Part shown: positions 49,160 to 61,886 of the stretch, piece after piece
How positions within the stretch are numbered: position 1 is the first letter of the stretch
How the letters are laid out: each line of letters begins with the position of its first letter
From: the human T2T-CHM13v2.0 reference genome, Homo sapiens
Reading direction: 5' to 3' (one strand)
Assembly (NCBI RefSeq): GCF_009914755.1
Contig: NC_060927.1
DNA length: 64,000 bases
Notes under the pieces: generated by a model
Database searches by the model: none
Seen by the model: only the letters and a program-made list of their open reading frames with translations
Told to the model about the DNA's origin: nothing
Position numbers and translations under genes: made by a program

Positions 49160-50536
49160 TTAGAAATCAGTAGTTGGAATTCAGAAAGGATTCCAAGTTG
49201 TAAATGATGGATTTATAGGAGCAAACTAAGTAAATGGAATAGGTCTGATTTTCACTCATTCTGCAAACATTTATTCAGAGGTTACTATGTACCAACTTTT
49301 ATGCTAACCATAGGGAGACATAAAAAATGAGACACTGTCACCTGTAATTTAGGAATTCACAGTTGGGGGGTGAGGACATACACATACACAGATATTTATA
49401 AAACAAAATTGAAATGTTTTTAAAGATAAGTTATTCTTGGTGGAAAGAATGGGGAATTTTAACTGTACCTCAGGGCAGAGACCAGGATAAGTGGGGAGAA
49501 AAACCTTCAGATTAGAACTGATTCTCAAAGAATGAATAGGAGGATCAGTAGGAATTTACTAGCTGGATAAAGTGAAAATCGGATGTGCCAAGTTAAAGTC
49601 TGCCTGTGGGAACTGTAAGTAGTTCTTCAGGGTTACACAGCATGTAAAGGACTAAGAAAACGTGAGGCTGGCAAGGTAGTATTCCTCCCTGTAATCTATA
49701 CTATACCATATGTAGGCAGTATGATATATATACATATATATGATGTTAAAGACATTATTATGGTGTCTCCTCCAATCAAAATAAGCCTTTAGATTATTCC
49801 AAACCACTAGAGACACTATTATAACTAAGATGGGTCGACAATAGATTCCCAAGTAAAAGCTGATGCAATTATCCTTGAGTCATCAGTGAATGTTTCAAAG
49901 CTTGAGTACTGTTCAGATAACTTCCAGGGGGCTCATTATTCTGAGGCTTATATACCTTATTAGATTTGGAAAGATTATAACTGCCTTCTTTATGTGTGCC
50001 ACATTTCCCCCCTTATTTGGATAAATAACATTACTTAATAAGCAAAATAAGTAATATTTTTTCATATAGCACTATAATAAAAGTTCCCATAAGCAGTTTT
50101 TTTAAGCCTAGTTTATTTCTTGATGTGGAAAATTGATAAATCTGTTAAAATACACATAATTTTGACCCTTCTCTCAAAGAATATGAGATTTGTACCTACA
50201 ATAATAAATGGGGGTCTAGAAGAAATCTTAATCACCATAAGTTTATGAATCACCATAAGTCCATTTTGTATTATGGATAGTGGGGCTTGTCAAATGTGAA
50301 AATTAAATAAATTAGAAGCTAAAATGCTATCTATTCCAGATTATTTTCAAGTTTAAGAAAAAGAGAAAGGTATATATTTAAAAGAGTTAAACAAGGCTAC
50401 TAAATATGGAAAATTGGACATTGGAATACTATGTTTATTCAGCTTTCATTTTAAGAGTTGTGTTTTTTAAAGATAGACTAGTATAACCATTTTTTTGGAA
50501 AAAAAGTATTTAGCACTAATATTTTTCTTTTTACAG

Positions 50537-52880
50537 GTTGAAGAAGAAGGCTTGCAAATTTGTGTTGAAATATGTGGTTGTGCTCTACAACTCGACCTTC
50601 ATGATGATCCCAAAACTAAATGTCTAATTTATAAAACAATTGCACATTTTTTGCCAAATGATTTGGAGATCCTCAGGATTTGTGCACTCTCAATATTTTT
50701 TCTGGAGCGCTCCTTAGAAGCGTATCGTACTGTTGAAGAGCTTTACAAACGTCCAGATGAAGAATATAATGAAGGCACAAGTAGTGTTCAAAATCGTGTT
50801 CGTTTTGAATTGCTTCCAATTTTGAAAAAGGGATTGTTTTTTGACCCTGAATTTTGGAACTTCGTAATGATTAAGAAAAACTGTGTAGCATTATTGAGTG
50901 ATAAATCAGCAGTTAGATTTCTAAATGAAAGCACACTGGAAAATAATGCAGGTAATCTAAAAAGGACGGAGGAACAGCAAGGTTTGGATGAAGGGTTTGA
51001 CTCTCTTACAGATCAGAGCACTGGAGAGACTGATCCTGATGATGTATCTGGAGTGCAGCCTAAAGGTCATATTAATACGAAGAAAAATCTTACAGCTCTC
51101 AATACTTCCAAAGTAGATCACAATGTCCCAAGGCATCGTTGTATGTTATGTAACAAGGAATTTTTAGGTGGTCACATTGTAAGGCATGCCCAGGCTCATC
51201 AGAAAAAAGGCAGTTTTGCATGTGTAATATGTGGTAGGAAATTTAGAAACAGAGGACTTATGCAGAAGCATTTGAAGAATCATGTTAAGAAGATACAGAG
51301 GCAGCAAATTGCTGCAGCTCAACAGGATGATCAGGAAGTCACTGCTTTGGAAGAAATAAATTGTTCTAGTTCTTCCATTTCATTTGAAAATGGGAATTCT
51401 GATAGTAAGGATTTGGAAGTGGAGACACTTACTGCTTCTAGTGAAGGAAACAAAGAAGTCATCCCTGAGCATGTGGCTGAATTCATTGAAATTCCCATAA
51501 GTGTACCAGAAGATGTTATTGAAAATGTTATTGAAAATGGCAGTCCTAATAATTCTTTAAATAATGTTTTCAAGCCTTTAACTGAATGTGGGGATGATTA
51601 TGAGGAGGAAGAGGATGAAGAAGGTGATTATGAAGAAGATGATTATGACCTGAATCAAGAAACTTCAGTAATTCATAAAATCAATGGAACTGTGTGCCAT
51701 CCAAAAGACATATATGCCACAGATCAAGAAGGAAACTTTAAGTGTCCTGCTCTTGGTTGTGTCCGGATATTTAAAAGAATTGGGTTTCTAAATAAACATG
51801 CAATGACCGTACATCCAACCGATTTAAATGTGCGACAAACAGTAATGAAGTGGAGCAAAGGAAAATGCAAATTTTGTCAAAGGCAATTTGAAGATTCTCA
51901 ACATTTTATAGACCACCTTAATAGACATAGCTATCCAAATGTGTATTTTTGTTTGCATTTTAATTGCAACGAGTCGTTTAAGCTGCCGTTCCAGCTTGCC
52001 CAGCACACAAAAAGTCACAGGACATTTCAGGCTCAGTGTAGTTTTCCAGAATGCCATGAGCTTTTTGAAGATCTTCCTCTGCTGTATGAACATGAAGCTC
52101 AACACTATTTAAGTAAAACACCAGAGTCATCTGCACAACCAAGTGAAACAATTCTTTGGGATGTTCAGACAGACTCAAATCCTAATCAGGAAAAAGACTC
52201 ATCTAGTAATGAGAAACAAACTATTAGTCTGCCAGTTTCTACTAGCAAATCAAGGAAAGAGTCTACAGAACCAAAGACATGTATAGAAAGTATGGAAAAG
52301 AAAACAGACAGTTTAGTTCAGAATGGAAACGAACGTTCTGATGACACTGTTTCAAATATAAGCTTGATAGACCAAAAGATGCCTGACATAGAGCCAAATT
52401 CTGAAAATAATTGTAGTAGTAGTGATATAGTCAATGGACACAGTGAAATAGAGCAAACACCTTTAGTTTCATCAGATCCTGCTTTGAAAATTGATACAAA
52501 CAGAATCAGGACAGAAAATGGTTCCATTTTGCCCAGTGTTGTACCACAAGAACACAACACCTTGCCAGTATCTCAGGCACCTTCCAAACCAAATCTGACA
52601 AGTGAACATACTTCATATGGCTTAATTTTAACAAAACCATACGTCAGACCATTGCCTCCCAGTTACCTTGATGAACGGTATCTTAGTATGCCAAAACGCA
52701 GAAAATTTCTGACTGATAGAGTAGATGCCTGTTCTGATCAAGATAACGTGTATAAAAAATCAGTGAAAAGATTAAGATGTGGCAAATGCCTGACCACCTA
52801 CTGTAATGCAGAAGCACTTGAGGCTCATCTTGCACAAAAGAAATGTCAGACACTCTTTGGATTTGATTCAGATGATGAAA
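50537..52880 (+). CDS. ZNF654: ZNF654 large zinc-finger exon (2344 nt): six C2H2 fingers, a terminal C2HC finger, an acidic tract and a PKRRK NLS-like motif
   Basis: ttctttttacag acceptor and A|gtaagt donor at 52881, inside the 820-aa ORF. Fingers: CMLC..H..H, CVIC..H..H, CPALGC..H..H, CKFC..H..H, CLHFNC..H..H, CSFPEC..H..H, CGKC..H..C. Confidence 0.96.
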
Positions 52881-52910
52881 GTAAGTCTTCTGTCTTCTTA
52901 GTAGAGGTAT
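52802..52910 (-). other. CGGBP1: Putative antisense non-coding exon (probably a 5'UTR exon of a long CGGBP1 isoform)
   Basis: The minus strand reads ccattttctctttctacag|ATACCTC (AG at 52912-52911). Donor ACA|GTAGGT at 52801, alternative TAG|GTGGTC at 52797. Gene assignment comes from my memory of the locus. Confidence 0.55.
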
Positions 52911-53477
52911 CTGTAGAAAGAGAAAATGGCATAAATAAAACTATTATAGATCTTTGAGATTTAAAAAATTGATATTTGTGTAGCACAGGTAGTGAAGCAT
53001 TACTCCATACATTATTTCCTTTAATACATACAACCACTATGAGGTGATACTAATATTCCTGTTTTATAGATCAAGCAACTGAAATTCACAAGTAATTTGC
53101 ATAGGGCTTTGCCTATGAACTTGTGCAAGGCAGAACCTGAACACAGGTTTTTCATATTCTTTGATTATACTTCTTCCACTGTATCAAAGGTTATTCTTCA
53201 TTCCAAGTTTCATATAATAAAAGTTGTAATTTTGATGGGAATTATTTTTCATATGCATTCCAGAATATAAATCAAGTGAATCTGTGTCTCTGTTACAAAA
53301 ATAGAAGGAGAAAAAGAACAGAAAATAATTGAGAAACAAAATCAGAAAAAGAGCTTGTCTGTCTACTAATATCAATATCCTTTAAAATGACAGGGTATAA
53401 ATTAAACAGGAATCTGACTTGGAATTCCGGTCGAATGTCAATAAAACTTGAATTAACAGATGTGTTCTGTTTTACAG

Positions 53478-53485
53478 GTGCCTGA
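53478..53485 (+). CDS. ZNF654: ZNF654 terminal coding segment (A|GT GCC TGA, giving ...DSDDESA*)
   Basis: tgttctgttttacag acceptor at 53477; the phase-1 join gives Ser-Ala-stop. Confidence 0.88.
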
Positions 53486-56400
53486 TGAAAATGGTTCAGA
53501 AAGATCTGTCAATCAAGCAGTAGTGTGAAAAAAGCACTATAAGAAAATGCATCATCAGTTTGCTATTTCCCTGATGGCCTTAATTTTAGAGTGGTCTTGG
53601 ATTACTAAAGATAAAGACAAAGCACATTTTCTAGAATGAACTCACAGAGATGTGCTGGCTTAGACTCCAAAAGGATTATAAAACTCCCAAAGTACCAGTT
53701 TTCCAGAAAACCACATTTTACAGTTTATGATGATTAATAGCAGCAGCATGTTCAGTTTCGCTTATATGAGAAACATGTTTAGGCAACTAGTCAGAAAACC
53801 AGCTATGGCCTTACAGAAAGGGAAAAGTTTAACCCATTATTAAAAAGTGTGTGTGGGAGGGGGGCTGGTTTACAATATTAAACCATTTAAAGTATTTTAT
53901 TCTACAAATGGGGTTTGTTTTCTTGTCATGCATAATCAGATTATGTCCCCTCCCTTCTGGTTAAACATGGTTTAAGGAACCGCTGCTGTTTGGTTTGTGA
54001 TTGATTTAGAAACTTATACATTAACTTACCACAGTGCTATCAATTAAAGATTGTAACAGGTTTCCAGATGATTAATTAGGTCAAAGTTCAATGAATGGCA
54101 CGCCAGCATTGAAAATTAAAAAACAAAACAAAAAAAAAACCACAGTGCTTTGCTAATAAGCTCTTGATAGAACCTCCCACTAACCACTTTTGTGGTACAA
54201 ATTAGTTAACATTTAAAGGGCAGCAGTGTCAATAAAATAGAAAAAAACCGATCAGTACTCTGGGGAGAGATGAAAGGAATCTAAGACTTTACAGGCTTTG
54301 TAGTTGAAGGAAAACACTGAATTGCAAATTATTCAATGTGAATAATGGTAAAAGCACACTGGGATACTTCTGTTTGTGTATATGTTGGGACATTGCTTGA
54401 TGATTCATAGTAAGGTCCTTTAGACATTAATGTGAGTTATCTAAGTACAGTCCTATTAAAATAACTGGCTCAAAAAATCAGCTAAGAATCAGGTTGAGAA
54501 ATCATTCATTTTATTCTATTAGGAGAGGTAATTCCAAAATAAGCCATACTATTCCTGTTTTTTTAATTCATTAGTGATGACTCTGGTCTGAACAGTAATT
54601 TTTATATGTAAAAGGAAGTATTTACACAAAACATTTGCACAAGAACACAGTAAGAGATACATTCAAGCATTGTTTTCCTTAGTGATGTTATTTTCCTAAG
54701 AAGATTTTAACTTAATAAAGTGTTAAAACAATAAATATTTTTAAAAATACCCTCTCAGATGTTTTCCATTTGTCCATTATTGAAAGGAAGATGCTTAAAG
54801 ACTTCCTTTTACTAATAGTGTGTAAATCTAAAACAGGGATTAAAATAACAAAAAGGCAGTGTTTCAAAACAGATCTCCTAATGTCCCAATGTCAAATATT
54901 CCAGTTATTCTAAATAATAAAATCTTTGTTCAAGGCAGATAATCTCATCAGACCCTATTAGAGCTTCTTGAATGAGGCTATTACGGAAGTGGGGAATTTC
55001 TTCCAGGTAGCATCCATATTTTATTAAATTAGGATTTCCAGATCATGATAGATCAGATGATTTTTTTTTAATTTCCCGGTTTTATTGGTTTATCATCAGC
55101 ATTCACTGCTATGCAATGATGGTCATAAGTCCATTCCAAATTTAAATTTGTTTCTGTTATGTAGCCTACATTAGGCTGTGGAATTTACATTTAGGTAACT
55201 AAACACAGCTCATAATTAAAATCTTTTCTTTAAGGTCAGCTAAAAAAAATGTTTCCTGTATTTCTTGATACTAAAAATGTAATGATTTTTATTTTAGTTC
55301 ATTCTAAAAGTATGTCTTGTAATAAAAAGTCTGTTTGGAAACTGGTTCATTTGGACAGTGAAGTCTTTTGAAATATTTCTGCTTTGTACATTTTCCAGAA
55401 GTTTAATATTTTATCACATTTTCCACAAGTTGTAACAATTGATATAAATCCATGCCCACAAAGTATTCCATTTTCATTACTTTTACTGTTCATGCCAAGA
55501 TGTTTCAAATATATTCCATTTGTAATCTGTCTTTAACTTGAGGTTTATTTCTACTTTTGTGTTGCTAAAATTATTTCTGCAAGACTGAGATCAAACTGGT
55601 TTATATATAACTAAATCAAGGAATGTTTTATAAAATTCTATTTGACCACACTGTCTTAACCTCGGTTTATATACTTCTCAAATAGCTATTGAAAGAATGT
55701 GTTCATTTTATTACATCTGTCTTTTAAAACATAAACCTACATCATTTTGCTTTTATAGGGTGCATAAACTTCCAACAGTTCTAATTTGAGCGCTTCAGAA
55801 GAAAAGGAAGCTTGCTTCTTATTCCTCAGATTCTTCTTTTTTTCTGTTTTGAGGATGTATTCATCCTACATGGACCAAGTTTCAAATCTTTGTTTTTAAA
55901 TAAAAATTTCCTTCAAAAAATTAAATGTTAAATTTCTGCTGTGTGTCAGTAAGGTGAAGAAAATAGCAAATCTGAATTTTTGCTGCTCAGATATTATGGA
56001 GGAGGTAAAAAGGGGAATCTCCGTGGACAAGGACACTGGTACTTTGGGCTTTAGCCATATTCATTTTTTTGAAACCACCAATTATATAATACTTAAATAA
56101 TTTATATCATTGAACTTGTGATTCTTTTCAAATCACACTGAAGGTTCAGCCGTACTCCTTTCATGTTTGGTTTAATACTGTTGTATGGATGAAAAACCTA
56201 AAAGGGATGATAGTGTTTATTTTTTAATTTATTTGGTACTGTAAAACACCTTTTCAGAATGAGTAAATGCTGCATATGCATTTTGGAGTTGTTAATATGT
56301 GAAAGATATTACAGATTCAGCAAGAAAGGAAATTTGTGCTTCCTTGTTGAATGTTAAATTATTTTACTTTGCATTTTATAAGAGTACAAATTAAAACTGA

Positions 56401-56500
56401 GCCATTGAACTGCAATAAATCAACAATAGTGTCTCATTTCAAGAAATTTTTTGTACTGTACATAGATTTGTTCAATAAAACGTCCTTGTTGGTAATCAAG
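53486..56500 (+). other. ZNF654: ZNF654 3'UTR (~3 kb, no recognisable repeats, AU-rich)
   Basis: Follows the stop codon, lacks recognisable interspersed repeats and ends at a well-formed poly(A) signal. End coordinate approximate. Confidence 0.8.
56452..56500 (+). terminator. Distal polyadenylation signal of ZNF654
   Basis: Two TGTA (CFIm) elements at 56452 and 56457, AATAAA at 56474-56479, and GT/T-rich sequence downstream. Confidence 0.7.
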
Positions 56501-57934
56501 TGTTCAATTTTATGTAGTACATTGCTTTCAAAAGGAATTAGACATATAAGGTATATATTAAATGAAAATGTCTATTATGTCTCATAAAGGAATGGCATAT
56601 TTCAGTTAGTATATTACCATATTTGGATTGAGTGATTTTTTTAAACATAATATAGAAAATAGAAGTATCTAAAATTTTACACAAAATAGGCATTTTTGGA
56701 CATTTTAACGAATGCCTATATGGAGGAATAAAAGTTGACAGAATTCTGTTTTTACTAAAGTCACTTCAGGTAAGTGGGTTCAGTGTGATATAGTACGTTC
56801 TGCAAACTTAGTAGGTGTCGGAACTCTCCGAAGTCAAGACAGTAGATAAATTTGTCTACACTGGTAATTCTTCAAAAATGAAGAGCTTCTGGTGGAACTT
56901 AAAAAAACAGACTGAAATCATTTTGAAATATTACAATATAAATGATGATGAAAATTACTTCCTAGGAAAGAATTTCACTGGGGAAATGAAGTCAGTAAGC
57001 TGTAACCCAAAATGATGTCTTTGAGCATGAAGGCTCCTACTTTTTTCGTTCACTAACAAAGGAAAACCGTCCAAACTATTAGCTATAACTTGCAATTGGA
57101 AAAAATGGGGCTTTAAGTAGGAAAAAAACTTTTGATGTGATGAGACCACACTGCAAATAGATAAATGGGATAAAATGATTTGTGCATGTTACAAGCATTA
57201 TGCCTTGAAACACTATGAGAGTGTTATTGAAACATTCTAGAGCTGAGATCTAAAATGATCAGTCTGATTTATGGTCATATGATCTTAGACTCAATATATT
57301 CCATATTCAAAATAATGAATGTAGTGAGGTATTTGGACAAAGTTATTGGGGTTTAGATAACTTTTCATTTTCCTTTTCTGAAATTTGAAGAATTCTGGGA
57401 AGCAACTACTACTAAATAGGCTTCCAAGATAACCAAATTAAGCTGATTTTCATAGCATAATATCTGTACTGATACCAAGAATCAATTGATAAAACAGGGA
57501 CAGATGTTTTAACTACATCAAGATTTGAAATAGAGTCAATCCACTAATACTTGGAATAAAAATTGTAAATGATAGAAAGTTTCATGCCTTATTGATGGGT
57601 ACTGCACATTGGGGGGAAGAAATGGCTTGTTTATGTGTGCTGCCTCTAATTGTCACAACTCAAGGGTAAATATGAACACTGCTCTTTAGACACCAAAGCT
57701 CAGAAAGGTTAACCTGATTAAAATCATACAGCTAATAAATGCAGAGGGTGACTGAAAAATCAGATGTGTCCTAAAACCATGTTTCCATTGTGCCACACAC
57801 TTTTCCCTACAAATGTAGACCATGAGTGGATCTAATAATCCACATGGGGTCAGATTTGCCTGAGGATCAGTGATTTCAAAGTCAAAGGATGAAGGCTGGT
57901 AGAGATATCTGGTTGATGTAGTGGTATCTTCTAG

Positions 57935-58090
57935 CAGTGATTCTTAAAGCGTGGTTTATAGAGCAGCAGAATCAGCATCACCTGGAAATTTGTTAGAAAT
58001 GCTAAATTGTGGTCAGGTTGGAGGCCATCTGGCTTAACAAATCCTCCAGGTGATTCTGATACAAGCTAAGGTTTGAAAATCACAGAACTA
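57935..58090. mobile_element. MER5A
   Basis: cagtgattcttaaagcgtgg...atcagcatcacctggaaatttgttagaaatgc...ccaggtgattctgat. Confidence 0.75.
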
Positions 58091-58639
58091 AAGCAATAAA
58101 GTTCTTTGTATTTCCCTGGAAGATAAACAGTTCCCCCTTAAATTTATAGAACCCTCTCAAAAATTAGTTTCCAAGACATTTAAACAAGTCCCCTATTAAT
58201 AGCTCCTTAAATGGTTGGGTGAATGGATACTTTAGTAGTAAGATCTAATATCCCAAACCGCTCTAATTGGGAGGGTTTTTTGTTGTTTTTTGCTCAAGTT
58301 GTATTCAGTAAATGAAACTACCAGAACAGAATTTGATGGAAACAGTGCAAAAAGGTGTGGGGATCAGTTATACTCAAATTCTAGCATGCTAGTTTTATCG
58401 TTGTGGAGAGTTATACATCCCATTGATACAGAATTTTGCTAAATTTCTCTTCATATTAGGTATGGCTCCCATACCCTGTCTTTGGCTCCAGTCATATTTA
58501 AACCCCGCACCTACCCTCATCATGTAATTTTAGTTCATGCATTTGTCACTACTATTCCCGTTTTACTGGTTGTTCACCTTTTTGCCTGTCCCATCTCATT
58601 CTTTGATTTAATCCTTCCTAAGCATAACCACTTTGTCAG

Positions 58640-60190
58640 AAAGCCAGATCTCTTGATTACTCCCCCAGCATTCCTCCTCTCAATAAATGGCAACTAGTTG
58701 CCCAAACCAAAACCTTGTAATCATCCCTGACTCTATCATGCCCTTCAAGCCACCATTTTCTCTAACCTGGACTATTTTAATAGTCTCCTAACTGGGTTCC
58801 CTGCTTCTACCCTTACCCTCCCCTTCAATCTTCACACCAGCAACGAAAGTAATCCTGTTCTGAGACAAGTCAGATAATGCCATTCCTGTTTAACACCTGC
58901 CAGTGCCTTCAAAGCTCATTTATTCAACAAATATTCATTGGATACCTACCATGTGCGGGCCTCTGTAACAGGCAATGAAAGACAAAAATCCTGGCATCAC
59001 AGAGCTCATATTCTACTGGGGGACAACAAACATACAGTATGTTTTTTGAGTATGAGTGCTATGCAGAAAAATAAAGTGGGTAGCAAATGCATAAATAAGC
59101 ATGGTGTTGGTGGTGATTTTAAGCAAGATGATGAGGTAAGGCCTCTCTGATAAGGTGACTTTTGAGCAGGAACCTGACTAAAGTATGGGAAACAGCCATT
59201 CAGATATCCAAGGGAAGAATATGCCAGGGGCAAGAGCAAAGGCTTTGAGGCAAGAACCTATGGCAAGTTGAAGGAGCAGATGATAAGGGAACCACTGACT
59301 AGTCTGGAGAGATTGACAGAATAATAGGGAAGTCAGAGATAAAAAATGAAAGCTAAAGTCCATATAATGGTCTACAAGGTTGTATATCTACACTATCCAA
59401 GACAGTAGTCACTAGCCATGTGTGGCTATTAAAATTTAAATTCAAATAAAACATAAAATTCAGTTCCTTAGTTGAACTAAACAGTACAAGAAGCTCAAGA
59501 ACCACATGTGTCTGATAGTTACTGTATTGGACAGCAAAAAACATTTTCACCATCTCGAAAAGCATCTTGACAGGTTTTACATCCATGGCTCTTAATTGTG
59601 GGTGATTTTGCCCTGCAGGGGACATGTAACAATGTCTGGAGGTAATTTTGGTTGGCACAGTGAGGGAAGGAGGTGCTACTGGCACCCAGTGGGTAGAGGA
59701 TGGGGATGCGTTAAGCATCCCACAATGCACAGGACAATCCCCTCGACAAAAGATTATCCTGCCCAAAATGTCAACAGTTCTATGATTAAGAAACCCTGCG
59801 TTAGATCAGTCTTGACTGCAACTCTAACACATTGCTCATTGCCTCCTCCTTGCTCAAACGGGCTCCAGTCTCCTGGACTCCTTCCTCAAAATCTCTACTG
59901 TTGCTTCTTCCTACCATGCTTCTCCTGCGGCTCACTCACTTTCTTCTGATCTTCAGTCACTTAAAGAAGCTTTCCTTTCAACCTGTATAAAGTACTAACA
60001 TCCTCTCCCATCCCTGTCTTCTGGATTTATTTTTTTCCATAGCATCTCCTGGCCGACTATATAGTTTCTTACATGTTTACTGTCTATTTCCTCCCAACAA
60101 AATGCAAGCATTGTTTTTTGTCCCCAGTACAAAGAACAATAACTGGCAAGTAGGTGCTCAATTATAATACATTTTTAATGAACGAATGAA
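58640..60190. mobile_element. Nested cluster: L2 (+) interrupted by L2 (-, ~58915-59355), MER3-like (~59390-59575) and MER20 (~59585-59800)
   Basis: Recognisable L2 body and 3' motifs in both orientations; MER3 cactagccatgtgtggctatt; MER20 gctactggcacccagtgggtagagg. Confidence 0.7.
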
Positions 60191-60473
60191 ATAAGTTGGA
60201 CATGCCCTCCACGTGGTCCCATACCAACATATTTTAGCACTTATCTTGTCATCTCTTTACTAACAACACTCCCAAAAGCTCCTTGAAGAAAGGTCAGGGT
60301 CATGTCGCTGAACCTTCAATAGCTAACATAGCAGGCATTCATTAATACTTAATTTAAAATACGAAGAATTCCTGTGTTGAGTAAATGGTACCCCAATAAC
60401 ATCCACTGACAATTTCACCATATTTTGAATGCTTTAAGGACTACATGTACAATATATGACTGATATTTAGCTA

Positions 60474-60773
60474 TTATTTATTTTTGAGACAGGGTCTCGC
60501 TCTGTCACCCAGGTTGGGGTGCAGTGAGTGTGGCGCGATCTCGGCTAACTATAACCTCTGCCTCCAGAGTTCAAGCGATTCTCCTGCCTCAGCCTCCGAG
60601 TAGCTGGGATTACAGGCGTCCGCCACCATGCCAGGCTAATTTTTTGTATTTTTAGTGGAGACGGGGCTTCCTTATGTTGGCCGGGCTGGTCTCGAACTCC
60701 TGGCCTCTTGTGATCTGCCCGCCTCAGCATCCCGAAGTGCTGAGATTACAGGCGTGAGCCACCGCGCCCGGCC
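60474..60773 (-). mobile_element. AluS
   Basis: Reverse Alu dimer, relatively CpG-rich, adjacent to the CpG island. Confidence 0.93.
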
Positions 60774-61400
60774 AAGCTATATTTTAAACAAAGTTAAATT
60801 TGCTCACCAGGATCTGCAGATGTGTACATTTCAGCTACTAAATGGCAATACCCCAATTAAATGTCAACTGATCAAAAATAGGACTTAAAAATGGAAAAAG
60901 GCAAGTGACAATGCATTTAGTCTGATTCCTGTTTAACAGAGCATGACTATTTCTCTCGTAAATGTGTGTTGCTACCATGCCAATAGTAATAACAGCTAAA
61001 GTTTAGTAAGAGCTCTTTAGTAAGAGCCCCATGCACTGTTCACCCCGCCCCCACAGCCCCAAGAGGTAGGCATCTCCACTAGATCCACTTCCATTGGAAA
61101 CTGAAGGGGAAAAGGCTAAGGAGCTTGCTTACAGTCAGGGTAAATGGCGGAGTAAAACCCTGGCAATCTGGCGTCCAGAACCCCCAACCTTAAATTGCGC
61201 GCGACATCGCCTCTTCTAAGGCCGAGCCGGCAACGAGGGAAATGGAGGCAAGAGACGGTCCCGGCGTGTTTGAGAGGAAAGTCCGCTGGAAGGCGGCCAG
61301 GCACAGTGGATTATCTATTTTTAACTTTTCATACTATAATGTTAAACAAAACTAAATTATTTTAATTTACTTAATTTAAGGAACCAAACTACCGGCTCAC

Positions 61401-61710
61401 CCAACTCAGAAGTGGCCGCAGAAGACATTCAAGCGCTCCCGGGGGCCCGGCCAGCGGGCGGGGAGGAGCCGCCTCCATTGGCCGGCCCCGCGGCATCACG
61501 GGAGCTCGCGGTGCGCCCGGGTGGCGGGCTGCTTTCCACGCACCTGCACCTGCGCAGCCCTCCAAGGCGCTCTTTTGGAGGAGGGACTTCTCTTTCGGTA
61601 ACCAGCTCCCTTGCGGATAGTCTATGTTCTCCATATAAACCCAGCACTTCCCTTAATTGAGATACGTGGGACTTCACTCCGTCCCCAGCCCGGAACCACA
61701 AGTGAGGGCA
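61401..61710 (-). other. CGGBP1: Putative first exon of the minus-strand (CGGBP1 distal) transcript
   Basis: Minus-strand donors CAG|GTGCGT (exon end 61544) and TGG|GTGAGC (exon end 61401) in the CpG island, diverging from C3orf38. TSS position is inferred. Confidence 0.45.
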
Positions 61711-61886
61711 CTGCGTTTCCTGATTGACCTCTTTGGCGATTACTTCCGCCCAGGGGCCTGGAATACTGGAGGCCCTTCGACGGAGAACAACAAGAAAGGC
61801 ACTTCCGGTGTCTGTTGCCAGGCGCGGGCCCAGTGGGCCGTAGGGGCGACATTGTTGCCGTCGTCTTTCCCCCCCCAGTCCCGGGG

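Noticed and set aside
50495-50536. N-terminus MEKKYLALIFFFLQ of the 820-aa ORF
   Set aside because: Starts at TTG and is the translated polypyrimidine tract and acceptor. The real exon begins at 50537.
51331-52560. Minus-strand ORFs opposite the zinc-finger exon
   Set aside because: Typical antisense shadows of a coding exon with no recognisable domain.
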